A stretch of 62,077 bases of DNA, filler included, from Basidioascus undulatus (lineage: Eukaryota): the NCBI GenBank assembly GCA_000826855.1. It is 15 parts of 15 records of this genome, joined end to end, with 100 filler letters (N's around TTAATTAATTAA, not from the genome) between each part and the next. Parts side by side here need not be neighbours in the genome. Positions count along the whole stretch, not along the records: positions 24,922 to 48,299 come from JTLS01000268.1; 14 more parts are not named here. One strand, 5' to 3'. Shown piece by piece: positions 32,967 through 45,374 of the stretch. The position numbers were made by a program, and so were the translations under genes. The notes below the pieces were generated by a model, which saw only the letters and a list, made by a program, of their open reading frames with translations, was not told the DNA's origin and did not search any database. Position 1 is the stretch's first letter. Each line of letters starts with the position of its first letter.

Positions 32967-35648
32967 TTACTGCCTTCCCCGGCCCTCAACGACGGTCGGC
33001 GTGATGTGCACATGCAGCGTCCCGCCGCTCCGCTCCGTCTTCTCCATCAGCGCCTCCCACGCGCGCTCCTTGTCCTCTTCGCTCCTCGTCCCACGTCCCA
33101 GCGCCGCTCCGGCAGACCCACCCACGCTCGCAGACGGGCGGTGGCCGAGTACCTCGCCAGCCGGCGGACTGGGCGGGCTGAAGAGGTCTTCCCATCGCCC
33201 CGCGCTGGCGCCGCGGAGCGCAGGGCGCTTGCCTCTCATCCCCCCGCCGGAGGACGAGCGGGAGGCGGAGGACGAGGTGGACCCGCTGAAGGCCATGCGC
33301 TGCGAGAGTCTGCTGCGCGCGGAGCCGGTGGTAGAAGTGTCGATGGAGTGGGTGAGGGATGCGCGTTTGAAGGAGTGCGGGCGGGAGGACGCAGATGCCC
33401 ATTCGGGGGTCGAGGGCGAGGGCGAGGACGACGCGGTCTCGAGGGGAGGGGACTTTGGGCCGGAGGAGAGGGAGAGACTGTCAAGCCCGATCACGCTGAG
33501 GAGGGGGTGCGAGATGCTGCGCCGGATGCGCTGCTGCCTCGACTCGGGCGTGGAAGGGGCCGGACACGTCGCGGTGGCGGTGGAAGTCAGCGTTGTTGAA
33601 GACCGGCGGGAGGCGTCGTGGTCCTCTCTCCCGACCTCCCTCGCAGCAGTTGCCTCCCGTTCCGCAGTCCCCCACCGCCGCAAACTCGCGCTGTGGTGCA
33701 GCGGGCTCGTGCTGTGGGTCGAGTACCTCAGCGTAGGCGGCAGTGTAAGCCCGCCACCCGTGCTCGGCTCTGCCTCAGAGGGATGCCCGCTCGCGCTCGC
33801 GCTGCTCCCGCTGATGCGGTGATGGCGTGCACCTCGGGGCGGAGCGGGCAGGCTTGATGCGAGGAAGTCGTTGAATGTGGGATCGGAGGGAAAGGACATG
33901 GGAGGGAGGGTCGGCGGCGCGCTTGAGTCCTGCATCCGCTGGAACAGGTCCTCGGGCGCGACGATCGGTTGGCCGACGCCTGCTGCGCGCGAGGCGACGT
34001 CGTCGGCAGGCGGAGCGCCGGAGAATCCGAGGTCCGCGAACGAGCCAAGCGAGGAGGGCGGGGAGGGCTGGCTGAGGGACGGGCGGGAGAAGAAGGACGA
34101 GGACTGGAAGGACGTGGGCGGGGAGGTGGAGATGACGACGGAGAGGGGCGTTGACGGCCGGCGGCCAGTTGTTGCGATGGGGGAGGACGGTTGCTGCGCG
34201 GCGGCGGCGGCGAGCTTGGACGACGACGCCGAGCGCCCGCCGGTGACCCAGGCCGAGAGCGACGGCTTGCGACGCAGCGTCATCGGGTCCGTGACGGCGC
34301 GGGGCTGCTGGTGCACGGACGGCGGCGGGGGCGGCACGGGCGGCGTCGACTCGCGCTCCCAGCTCCTGTTGCCCTTGCTGCCCGTGCTCCCAACCGTGCC
34401 CGCGCGCTTGCGCCGCAGCTTGTTGCTGTCCACCGGGCCTGGGCTGGCAGACACGTCCGGCATCGGCGGCGGCGGCGGTGGCAGCGGCGGGGCGTCGTAC
34501 TGCACCGACTGCTGCTTCGCGCGGTCGCGCAGCGCGCCGAGCGACTTGCGCTTGAGCAGCGCGAAGAAGCCCGTGGACTCCTTGCGGGCGTGCGTCTTCC
34601 GTGATACGGGCGACGAGGCGGCCGAGACGAGCTCGGCGGCAATGTCCACTGCCATGGGCGTGCGCAGCTGCTGGCTGCGGTGCTCAGATGACGGGGGCGT
34701 GAGGAGCGACGATGTGCCCGTCCCTGGTCGATGGGCGGGGGTGGACGATGCGCGCAAAGAGGAAACGTGGGGGACGGACGGGTGCGCGGATGTGGACTGG
34801 TGCTCGTGAGACGAGGTGGTAGACGTGCCGAAGGCAGGGTCGGAGGCGGAGGACGAGATGGAGGGGAGGGTCGAGTTGGATCCGTTGGCGCGGGTGGTCG
34901 CGAAATGGTCGACCGTCTGCAGCTGCCGCGGCGAGCCCGAGCCTGCAACGATGTTCTTTACGCGCTTGATCTTGCCCGACGCTTTGCGCCGGAGCGTGTG
35001 CAGCGCTGTACCGTTTGCGGCGGGGACGGGAAAGGAAACGGAGGTGGGGAAGACGGGCGGGGAGGCGGTGGAGAGATAGGGGAGTGTCGAATCGGGGGAG
35101 GGAGTGCGCGCGGGAGGAGGTGAAGGTGGTGAGGAGTGTGAGGATGTACGCGGTAAGCGGGTGGAGGAAGCAGCCGCTGGGTCGAGGAGTGGTGCGGGGA
35201 TGGGTGGTCGTGGTCGCTCAGAGACCGAAACGGACGAGCTCCGCCGCGGTCGTCCGCCGCTCCTGCTCCACGCTTCTGTCCATCCGCCCTCGCGCCGTAC
35301 CAAAACCCCATCCGCCGTCGTCGGCCTCCTCGACCCGCCGCCCACACGCCCCAGACTCTTGCTGCGCCCATCTGCGGCCGGCGTGCTCACTCCGCAGCCC
35401 CAGTTCGCGATCGCCTCCGAGCGCGGGGACGGCGCGGAGGGGGGGACGCAGTGTGTCAGGTCTGCTGAACCCCCGGCGGGCTTCGCGAGCAGGCGCTTGA
35501 CGTTGACTTTTGCTTGTGGGAGCGCTGCGCGCTCTGCGGGAAGAATTGATTGCGCTAGGCGGAGGGAGTCGGTTGAGGGGAAGGAGGGGTTGCGTGGGGT
35601 CGTTGGGGAGGTTATGGGGGAGTGTGGTATTCGAGGTGAATACGACAT
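32967..35648 (-). CDS. Large intronless Ser/Pro/Arg-rich disordered protein (about 890 aa)
   Basis: Long uninterrupted ORF with many RRxS motifs and a short ordered C-terminal motif AWEALMEKTERSGGTLHV. Likely start is MSYSPRIP at 35648; the ORF track extends to 35747. Confidence 0.75.
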   Translation of the reverse strand: MSYSPRIPHSPITSPTTPRNPSFPSTDSLRLAQSILPAERAALPQAKVNVKRLLAKPAGGSADLTHCVPPSAPSPRSEAIANWGCGVSTPAADGRSKSLGRVGGGSRRPTTADGVLVRREGGWTEAWSRSGGRPRRSSSVSVSERPRPPIPAPLLDPAAASSTRLPRTSSHSSPPSPPPARTPSPDSTLPYLSTASPPVFPTSVSFPVPAANGTALHTLRRKASGKIKRVKNIVAGSGSPRQLQTVDHFATTRANGSNSTLPSISSSASDPAFGTSTTSSHEHQSTSAHPSVPHVSSLRASSTPAHRPGTGTSSLLTPPSSEHRSQQLRTPMAVDIAAELVSAASSPVSRKTHARKESTGFFALLKRKSLGALRDRAKQQSVQYDAPPLPPPPPPMPDVSASPGPVDSNKLRRKRAGTVGSTGSKGNRSWERESTPPVPPPPPSVHQQPRAVTDPMTLRRKPSLSAWVTGGRSASSSKLAAAAAQQPSSPIATTGRRPSTPLSVVISTSPPTSFQSSSFFSRPSLSQPSPPSSLGSFADLGFSGAPPADDVASRAAGVGQPIVAPEDLFQRMQDSSAPPTLPPMSFPSDPTFNDFLASSLPAPPRGARHHRISGSSASASGHPSEAEPSTGGGLTLPPTLRYSTHSTSPLHHSASLRRWGTAEREATAAREVGREDHDASRRSSTTLTSTATATCPAPSTPESRQQRIRRSISHPLLSVIGLDSLSLSSGPKSPPLETASSSPSPSTPEWASASSRPHSFKRASLTHSIDTSTTGSARSRLSQRMAFSGSTSSSASRSSSGGGMRGKRPALRGASAGRWEDLFSPPSPPAGEVLGHRPSASVGGSAGAALGRGTRSEEDKERAWEALMEKTERSGGTLHVHITPTVVEGRGRQ

Positions 35649-37323
35649 GGTCTGATGGTCGAACAAGTTCGAAGCAGAGCAAAACCAGATCGCGAAGATG
35701 AGCATTGGAACTAGATCAGATGTCGGTGTGAGAGGACAGAAGCTCACCTTTGGTCCAGCGCGACGCTCTCAAAGCGTGAGAAGACCAAGAAAGACACTTC
35801 GTCTGCACATGGGTATCCAAAGGTCGTCAGCACGCAACACCACCAGGAAAGGGGTCGAGTTTCCCGGCTAGACCCAAGTCCACATCTCAGCCATCCACGG
35901 GAGAGGACGTCTTCCGGTCGCTCTTCCACTCCACGCCAGCCCTGCGGCCCCACCGGCGAAAGAGAATGGACCCATTACTCACCGAACAGAATCCCCAAGT
36001 CCCATCAATATCCAATTGTCGAATCCTGGCTCCTCCCCAAAGCTTTAGCCGCGGGACGTCTACCAGCTCGTGCAGATGGGATTTACAACTCCAATCCCGT
36101 CTGTGTTCCAGCGATTCTACGCAAAAGGGTGATCCGAAACGGTCGGCCTGTAAGCTACTATAAGATCAGTCCTGCGCTGGTCCAACCCACCCCCGGAGAG
36201 ATTCGCCGTACCAAATCTCGTTTCGGCGAGGAGACTCGAGATGAATGGAGAAGACGATTATGGATGTGAAAGAAGGGCGCTCTGCTGGAATAGTGAATGA
36301 CAGTCAGTCGCCGCGCCTGGAGCCCGCCGTTGATGTCTGCTTCTCCAGCTTCTCCACATTCTGCACAATGACGCCCGACGCACATGCCGATCGCCGCGCG
36401 ACAGCTGCTGCTGCGCCACGGCTATTTACGCCGGTCCCCTCAACGCCGGGAATCCGCTCGAGGGCAGGAAGAATGATATCGAGCGAGCTTGCGAGTGGAC
36501 GGACGGTGAGCGTAAATGGGCAAGCGGGCGAGCAGGCCCGCAGGAGCGTTCTGCCTCGGCGAGGCGGGCAACAAGAATGAGGCCAGGAGACCACGGGCGT
36601 GGAAGCAATTACGGCGGGCGTTTCGAAGAAGCGTTTCAGCTTGGCAGCCCATCGCCGGCTTCTGCTTCGGAACGCCGGCCGAGGTGAACTGCACGTTGCT
36701 GCACGCGACATGCTGTGAATATTTGGAATGCCAACAAGTGCAAGGTATCATTTCTTTGCTTTCCTGCTACTGCAAGTCGAAGCGAACAGCGAATACGTTG
36801 AAGAAATCAGAAACCTTCGCTGTATGGCACCGACATTGGCGAGCTTGTTCCTCATCAACGCCCAACCTTCTCACTCACCACCCCCGCACTCTTAAGATGA
36901 CGATGCCCCGTAGTCAGCGATAACCGCGCAGCCCTGGTATTATTCCATGGGCTTTCATTTACCGAGAGTCCAACACCGACCATGGCAACTGTATTTGGCT
37001 AGATAATCGCAGAAACAGCTGCACGCCCCTGAAGCTGAGGAAGACGCAAGAAGACGCGGCGAGAAGCATGCCAGCCCGCCCAAGGGCTGTCAAATGCCTT
37101 ATTAGCGTGAGCAGGCTACGGAATGAACTGTTGAAGCTCAAAGATCTTCATTAATCCCGATTCTCATTTCTGTTTGGACAGGTCGTGAGAATCAGTAGCA
37201 CGATATCCGATGAGGTATTTTCAGATCACCCAAATTGGGTTTCCGTTCGACACGGTTAAGAGGGAGCTGGTTAATACACAAACAAGACGGCCTCAGACAT
37301 GAACATGCGGTTATGCGTATGAT

Positions 37324-38376
37324 CTATTCCTTCTTCTTTGCAGGAACAATCCGCAGCTCCTCGTGCAGAAGCGCATGCGCAATATCTACCAGAACCGCCA
37401 TGGAAAGCCCACTCCACACATCTTTTTTGCCACTTTGACGGCGGGAGGGCAACTCCCGCACCCGGCGAAACTCGGCGCTCCATTCCGGCTTCCACCCGAG
37501 GATCTCCAGTTGATACTTTGAAAGAAATGTTGAAGGATCCTGACCACCCATTGTCCGAAACACATCAGCACCGGAAAATCCAACCAAGTTTATACAAGTC
37601 TCAAGCAAGCTTGTGCGGACCGTGGTAAAACCCGACGGCAAGTTCCTACGGGGTGTGCCTGATTTCTAACCTCGGAAACCTTGTCAGCTCTGATGACCCA
37701 CATCTCTCCTTCGAGCGAGAACAAGGGAGGCGAGACACATGAAGAAAGACAAGACACCTACCGTGGTTGCGAGTTCCGGCACCCCACTCGCAGCGATCAA
37801 GCGCATCAACTCGGGGAGGCACCATTTGACGATCTTGAATTTGACACCTGGAGTTGCCGCGGGTCGTTCACCCTCTTTCAGGGGGATGATTTCACGGGCG
37901 ACAAGCTCGTCCCGCCGCGAAATGAAGCGCTTGTTCTCCGGCGAGCCGAGGGAGACCCCGCGCATCGCAGCGGATACACGGCTGGCGCGGAGATCTCTGG
38001 TTTCCTGGAATGAGAAACGACGAGTTAGCGTGGGGAACAATACCATTACACATGAGGGGCACAGAGAAAGAGGAGGTTCACACCTCGCTCATTGTACGGT
38101 GTCGCTGGACCGCGGCCTGCGTGAGGCGAGATGAGCCAAGGTAGTCTAGTCAAGACCGACGAGTGACCAGACCCCACTTACAGCAGAGTAAGCCGACCGC
38201 TTCGCATTCTGTTCCATCGAGGGGCCCGGTCTGTTGCTGGATGATGAAGCTTCGGTCGTAGTCGACCGCGAAACGGAGGGTGAGGAGAGCGGACGAGGCA
38301 CGGCCCGGAACGAAGCGCGAAGTGATACGAGACTCGATCGGTCGAAAATGAGGGTTCGAAGTGAAGTTGGTGGCAT
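37324..38376 (-). CDS. Orphan family copy A: intact 5-exon, 243-aa protein with a mitochondrial-presequence-like N-terminus
   Basis: Exons 38376-38182, 38116-38084, 38004-37762, 37665-37621 and 37539-37324, all phase-0 GT-AG, give an open frame. The exon structure is shared with paralogs B and C. Confidence 0.75.
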
Positions 38377-38565
38377 GATGGACTGATTCTGCGGGTTAGC
38401 TGCGAGAAGTAGCGGTGCAAAGTCTACGTCCACCAAGGTGGTGGTTGTCCACACGAAGGGCTTCGGCTATTCCGCGGATGACCCGCGCACCGAATCACGA
38501 CCTCATTTCCACGCGTGGTCTTCTCCGTTCCTTCCCCTCCCTGCATCCAAGCAGCCCGCACCGTC

Positions 38566-39769
38566 ATGCCCACCGGCGTCCTAAACTTCCCAATATTCCC
38601 AAGATCCTGCACCCGCACTTTTCGGGCCTCACGCATCCGCTACACGCCGCGCCCCCAGCGCGACCTGCGCGTTCTGCCTTCTCCAGCTCTCTCCCTACGT
38701 CTGCCCGCGGTACACCGCGCCGTACTGCTCGCTCCGCTGCTTCTCGCCAGACGCGCACGGGGACTGCTCAGAGGCCTTCGTCGATCGCACCGTTCCGCGC
38801 TTCGTTTTCGCGCGTGCCTCGACGGTACTCGTCTTCATCCGTCTCGCGGTCGGCTACGACATAAGCTTCGTCACCCAACGACGGATCGCGCCCGTCAAAG
38901 GAACAGGATGCGGAACGGTTGGCTCTGTTCTGCTGTAAGTTGTGCCGGTTGCTCACTGGCCTCGACTACCTTGGCTTATCTCGCAACAAGCAGAGTCAGG
39001 GATGGCATAGAATGAGCGAGGTGTGAACTTCCCTCTTCCTTTGTGGGCCTCCTCTTTTCGTACATTTCCCTCAAACAAGTTTCTCGTGCTCGATTCCGGG
39101 AGGGGAAAAACTCCATGCCAGCTGTACGCCTGCAGTCAGGCGTGGTCTTTTGATTCGCCCGAGAACAAGCGATTCATCTTGCAGCGGGATGAGCTCGTTG
39201 CTCGTGGGATTCTCTCCCGTGAATATGGAAAAAGCCCAGGGTCAAAAACGAAGATCGGGACATGCTTGTGGCCTGGTGCGTCCCTGAGTTGATGCGCTTA
39301 ATCACTACAAGCAGGGTGCGGGGACTCGCGACGACGGTGAGGGTCCTTTCTTTTCATGCGTTTCCCTGCGTAATCGTTTCGCGGTCCGTGAGAGCGTACA
39401 GCAGTTCTGTAGAGCAGAAAGCAGGCACGCCCCGTAAAAGATTACCAGATGCCTTTATGAAGGTCCGCAGAAGTTTGCCGTATTTCTTTTTGGCACCGAT
39501 TGCTGCTCTACATCGGTCTTTCCGGTATTGCTTTCTGGTACTGATCTCAATTGCGGAACGAGCAGGACCCTCCAGCGTATCTTGCGATGCACAAGCTGGA
39601 GATCGTCGGGTGGAAGCCGGAGTGCAGCGCCGAGCTTCAGCGAGTGTCCTTGTCTCGCGGTAGTAGATCTGTGTGGAGTGGGCTTTCCAGGGGGATCTTG
39701 GTAGATCTTGGGCATGCGTTGCTGCACAAGGAGGTCCGAATTGTTCATCCGAAGCGGGAGAAGCCGTAG
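38566..39769 (+). pseudogene. Orphan family copy B, head-to-head with copy A
   Basis: Same exon layout (exon 4 39418-39462, exon 5 39566-39769; SPENKRF..RDELVA, WC.PELMRLI, LEI.GWKPE, VWSGLS). Disrupted by TAA at 38862-38864, an acceptor mutated to ATTCCGG (about 39099) and a frameshift in exon 3. Confidence 0.75.
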
Positions 39770-40390
39770 ATCGTGCGCACCCAGAATAATGTATGCATTG
39801 CGAGCTTGTTTTCAATCGGTAGGTTTGTCACTTGCTGTTTGCTGCAGTGAGAAATTCGAGGTGAACCTACAGATCTGAAAGTCAACGGTTGAAAGCGGTG
39901 TCGTCGATTTTCAACAAATAACACCACCAATCACACATGTACCACTATGGCAAGCTCAATGGCCGGATCTAGCTCTCATTTTTGCACGATAAGACACACG
40001 CAGGGTATGCGACCAAAAGAGTGCGATGCGTCTGCTCATTAAAGTGTCGTACTATTTTGTCTGAGACATAGGGGGTCTCAGGACTTCATTGCAATTGCGT
40101 CCCAGCGCCGAACTACTTTCCTTCCTGTTGATTTTGGTTCAAGTTGCGTAGAATGCTATGATTCAGAGCACTTGATGGAAATGTTTCAATGCCTTGGCCA
40201 ATATGCTCCCATGTGGACACTCCAGCATCTTTTGTTGCCGTCGGCCAAGTTGCCTGGCGCGATGGCGTAGCCTTCACAGCACGCCTGGACCAGCACAGAT
40301 AGTCATCTCCGTAGGCTTTTTCTGCATTTCCGCTATACATATGGACATGACAGTTCCATAACCAGACCAATCCAAATATGCCTTTCTGGG

Positions 40391-40700
40391 ATCATTCCCA
40401 GTTCTCGATATGTACTTCCAGATGTCGCCATCCTGCATCCCCACCTGCTCCGGCGTGCTCTCTGCAAAAACATGACTCCCATCGAAGAAATTGTAGTAAC
40501 GCCATCTCCGAAGCCAATCAAGCTGCATCGGACCACAAAAATCCGCCATGCACTTGCAGACATGGGCTTGGAGCGGCTGGTCCGACCACACAACCGACCA
40601 CACAACTGCAATTAGCGTGCCGTCAGCGCCCATAAGGAAGGGGGGCAGCGCCAGAATCAAAGAGTAACGCTTACCGCAGGCCACAAGGCAGCAATGGATC
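40391..40700 (-). pseudogene. SUMO-like (Rad60/Esc2 SLD-type) domain, degenerate
   Basis: CMADFC...FFDGSHVFAESTPEQVGMQDGDI then, shifted, LEVHIENWE*. This matches the SUMO-fold FxFDGxxxxxxxTPxxLxMEDGDxIxV pattern, has no di-Gly, and has an upstream GTAAGC...CTAATTGCAG intron. Confidence 0.6.
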
Positions 40701-42046
40701 ACAAAGACATGTCAGTTGCGACACTATGCGGTCAATGTGAACGTGATGTAAGAATTTAAATGGACTTGAATGCAGCACTTCACCTAATGTAAGGCGCGGG
40801 TTTACCAGCAGCCTCTTGTTGAGCTAGCTTCGACGTCGGCGGCCACAGCCGTGACTTGACTCCGATGCTGAGGCCGGCAGAGAGCGTGATCTTCATGAGT
40901 GTCGCATAGAGGGACGACGAAAATATTGGCGATAGGTTTCACTCGACTGAGAAATCGACTGTGAAAGTTCGTTTCGACACGGCCCGTTTGGTCCTTGGGG
41001 AGGGAACGGACAGGTTGACGAGCATCGAGCGCACCGCCTATGGATGTGGCTCCTTTTCACTGTTAGTCTTCCTCACCGAGCCAATATCTTCTCCAAGATG
41101 GTTCAGGCCCACCTCTCAATCGGCTGAAAGCATGGCCCGAAGGACTGCCTCCGCAAAGTCCTTTTACACGACGGCCACGAGCGCTCCTGCGTCGTCCTTT
41201 CTGGTCGGAGGGGTGGTGTAATCGGTAGGCTGGGAGAGCTGTAATGCTTGATAGAAGTCGAAGCAAATGATGGAAGTCCTTGTGAATTTGGTTTTGATGC
41301 AATCGATCGTCAATCAATATGGTGACGATGCCTGGATGGGGATGAAGACGGTGGAACGCACCAAAGATCTGACACTAGAAGACTCAAATCAACACGGGTG
41401 AATCCTTAGCCTTGTCAGACGGTGCCGGTTCGCCTGTAAGCTAATCCAACATAATACCAGTCTCTCATAGTGCAACTGTGTGCTCATATAAAAGATTACA
41501 CATCACTCCGGCCCTGTGGTCGGTCGACGCAATTCCAAGAGGGCAGACAACCGGCCCGGCGTCAGCACTGTTAGAGAGCAGTTCGCCATCCCGACTTCAC
41601 TGTGAACCTTACCAGCAATGTTTATTGCCAATATACCAGAGGTGGATGCGATTGGGACTTTCGGGGAGCATACCACACATGTAGAGAAAGTGGCCAAGCA
41701 CGTTGTTCGTCGTATCCTTGCGAATGCTACGCGGCATGCCGCATGCTCGGCTTCATTGCACATTCTCCTTCCCAGGTTGCCTTCGTTCAAGATGCCCTAA
41801 GCGGAATGTACAGTTGTAAGACTGAATGACCGTCGTCCATATCACAGCGCGACAGCGCGACACGCGCAACAGTGTGCAGTACGATCGATGCATGCTTGCA
41901 GGTAATCGAGCGCAGAATAAAGAACGAAGATCCACGCAGACGCATTGGCGCGCGCGCACAAGCAAAATGAAAGAAGAAGAAACTAAACGCGAAAGAAGGG
42001 TCCTCAAGAAGACAAGCAGCGAGCGGGATGCGACGGATGCGATCCC

Positions 42047-45000
42047 TCAGTCGATGACCTCGAGGTTCCGGCTCCACGCGGTGACCTTCGGGTGGGCGAG
42101 GACCTGCACGACAAGCGGTGGGTGAGTGAGAATGCTGGAGTGAAGAGTGGGGGTGGAAAAAGAGGCGGACTTTGGACGGGTCGAAGCCCTTGCACTCGAG
42201 TCCCTCGAGGCTTGTCGCACGCGAGAGGGCGACGTAGGCTTGGCCTGGCATGACGGGGAGTGCGCATCTCTTCAGTCACGGTACGAGAAGGGAGAAGAAG
42301 GGGGTCGAGAGGAATTAAGCGCGAGGGGAGTGGGAGTACGTACCCTTCTCGAAGATGCGGGTCAGGTCAACCTTGACGCGGTCGAGCGTCTGGCCTTGGC
42401 TCTTGTGGATGCTCTGGCATCCCCGGTCCGCATCGTCGGCAATGTGACAGAGGAAAGTAGGGAAGGGAGGAAGGGGAAAAGGAGGAAGGCGTAAAGGGGA
42501 GACGCACCATCGCCCAAGAAAGCAGCAGCGGGACCTGCGACCTGGACGCGTCGACGCCTCCGCTGGGGTTCTCGACCTTCCATGACTCAGGCTTGCACAA
42601 GAGCTCCTTCGTCCCGCCGCCCGCGACGCGGAAGCGGACGAGGGGGTACTTGTCCCCGCGGACGTTCGGCGGGGGCGGGGGGATGACGCGCTTCGGCTTC
42701 GCGCCCGGCTCGGTCTTGACCTCGACGCCGCGCTCGACCTTGACCGTGCCCTGGTCCGTGTACTTCTTGCGCACTTCGATCTCGCCGTCGAAGAACTCGT
42801 CGTCGGACGAGAGCTCGATCTCGTGGTACTTCCCGTCGTCTCCCAGGCCCGTCATCCCGCGCGCGGCCCACGTCTGCTCGTCGATGAACGCGATGACGTG
42901 CCCGAGCGAGCCGTTGACGAGCACGCCGTCGTCCATGTTCTTGATGAGCCTGCGCGCCAACAAGTGCCCTGTCCCGTCAGCACCTCGCACCCAGAGGGGA
43001 TGCTTGGAAATTGCGATGGCTCACATGACCTGGCAGTTGAGCTTGAGCTCGAGCTTCTTGGGCGCCATGAAGTTGGCGAGGATCTTGTCGCGCTGCTCAG
43101 CTGGCATCTGGCCGCCGTCGATAGCGGTGAAGGCTGCAATACCGGAGCGGAAGAGCCCGGTCAGTGCCATCCCAGCCTCAACCCGCACGACAAGCCTGAC
43201 GTACTGCGAACTGCGCCCTGCAAGCCATCCATCTTTTGGCGGTTCGACCGCTCGACCTGGTCGCGGTGGGTGAAGCTACAGCACGCACGGACGACCCAGT
43301 TAGCCGAGCCCGGTGCTGCGGAGAAAGAAGACGACACGACACGCACAGCTCTGTCGGCTCCAGCCCGTCGTCGAACTGGAGCGGCCTCTGCAGCTTCCGG
43401 AACTCGGTGATCGAGTGCTGAGAGAGCTTGCCGAAGCGCATCTCGTTCAGCATGTCGACGAACTCTACACATCTCAACACCTGATCAGCTTCCAAGGCCC
43501 TCAAGCGTTGATAAAGGGCGGAAGAGAGGGAGCCACGCACTCTGGTCCTTCTGACGGAAGACCTGGCGGAGGTTGACCGTGTGGTCGATCTTCTCCTTCC
43601 ACGCCTTGGCTTCGAAGCAGAAGTTCGGCTGGCCGTTCTTCGAGACGGGCGGAAGCTGGAAGAAGTCGCCCGTGACAACGAGCTGTTGACGCGTGTTCAG
43701 GGAGACTAAGAAAGAAGTGGTTTGAGATACGGATGTGACGAAATGAACGCACCTGGAGCCCGCCGAAGGGTTCTGCGCTCTTACGGATGTTCTTGCCCAC
43801 GTCGGACAGCTTCTGGAAAAAGTCGCCATCGACCATCGACACTGTCCGGCACCAGCTCGCCCACGCATCAGCTCTGCGTTGCACCGCGATCTCAAAGCCG
43901 GAAGGCGGTTCACACACCTTCGTCGATGATGAGGACCTTCGTGCGCAGCCAGCGCGCACTCGCCTTGCGGTTCTTGCGGACCTTGGCCGCGAGCTTATGC
44001 GCGTCCTCCGAGGCGATGCCGCAGCCGCTGAAGCTGTGCAGCGTGCACCCGCCGACGTTGCACGCGGCGATGCCTGTGCTCGCTGTCACGGCGACGGCGT
44101 CCGAGCTGCGCTTGTACTTCTCGCGCAGCGCCTTAATGATCTCCCTCAGGAGGACCGACTTGCCGGTACCTGGTCAACCGTATTGCGCCTCATATCAGCC
44201 TGTCTCATCGCGGGAGATAGAGCGGAGAAGACGACGCACCGGCCGAGCCCGTGAAGAAGATGCTCTTGCCCTCCTTAGCCATCTCTAGCACGCGCTGCTG
44301 CTCGTTGCTGAGGATGACCTTCTGGCGGATGGTGAGGTCTCTCTTCTTGAGATTCGCGCCCGTCGCGGTGCTGCGGGCCGACGCGAACGCCGGCTTCTTA
44401 TCCTCCTCCATGCGCGCCTTGGACGAGGACGCCGCGGCGCTCGCATTCCAGGGCATGTCCGAGCGCGCCTTCTTGGTCGGCGGCTCGGAGGTCGAGGTGG
44501 ACGCGAATGCGGACACGAACGTGGATGCGGCACACGCGGACGTGGAGGAGGACGCCATGGCCGCCATGGCCGCGGCGATGGCGGCGCGGCGCTTGGCCGC
44601 GCCCTCCGCGGTGGGAACTGTGCGCGGGGTGGGACGGGCGGACGATGAGGTGGAGGAGGTCGATGGGCGGGGAGGAGCAGGAGCAGCGGCGGCGGCGGCG
44701 GGCTGGGCAGAGGCGCGAGGGAGCCGGGGCGTAGGGGGCGGGGAAGGCGACCAGGGGATTTCGAAGCTGTCCCGAGAAGAGTTGTTTGAGGTGTTCCAGT
44801 CGCGCTTGAAGGACTGCAATAGAAGCAAAGGGAGATTGTCAGCTCGCGGCGGCGGCAGGGCTTCGGGGAGGCAGGACGACCTCAGCAAGCGAGACGGCGC
44901 ATACACCCAGCGCTTCGTATTCCTCGCCGCAGTTTGATCAGCTCGACGGAATGTACCTCCATCTAAGGACTGTAAACCCATTAAAAACTCTCTTCGAATC

Positions 45001-45240
45001 CCCTGCCTCGCACACTCTTACTCAACCGAGCGCCCAGGTAGGAACTACGGCCCAGCGCCGCTCGCCCACATCCAATCAACTCTCCAGCGCGTCCAACTGT
45101 CCCAGCGGCCACATCCGTTCCGTGCGACATCCATGCCCTCGGGCGCCGCTCAGAAATGCAGACCCCCAACTCACATTGATCCTCGACAGCGGCCTCCCGT
45201 TGCTGCCCTCCGGCGCGTTCCGCTCGCTAAGCGGTGCCAT
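42047..45240 (-). CDS. PIF1: ATP-dependent 5'-3' DNA helicase Pif1, complete multi-exon gene
   Basis: [120 protein letters not shown]. First exon 45240-45175 is inferred. Confidence 0.96.
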
Positions 45241-45374
45241 GCTTTTTGTCGGGACTGATTGAAGCCCGCACGGGTCTATGGATAATGTATGCGCTGTAGA
45301 CTGTCTAAAATTGAAAATTGGATTGCCGTTAAACTGAGCGAGAGGAGCGAGAGTGATGAGGGCAAAAAGGGAGG

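Noticed and set aside
33001..35655. Long plus-strand ORFs (e.g. 33001-33822, 33871-34809) and the many other Arg/Gly/Pro-rich ORFs in the track
   Set aside because: These are antisense or shifted-frame shadows of real genes in GC-rich, stop-poor sequence, with no independent motifs.
35960..37200. Short ORFs upstream of the 890-aa gene, also checked for CAAX pheromone precursors
   Set aside because: No repeated peptide units with a terminal CAAX, no consistent splice model and no recognisable motif.
37324..39769. Divergent gene pair as an HD1/HD2 mating-type locus
   Set aside because: There is no homeodomain motif (WFxNxR), and the two genes are paralogs of each other.
42047..45240. PIF1 as a Helitron or other transposon helicase bracketed by direct repeats (copies B and C)
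   Set aside because: There is no HUH Rep domain, and the gene is intron-rich, CpG-rich and intact like cellular Pif1. The flanking repeats are diverged gene paralogs, not element termini.
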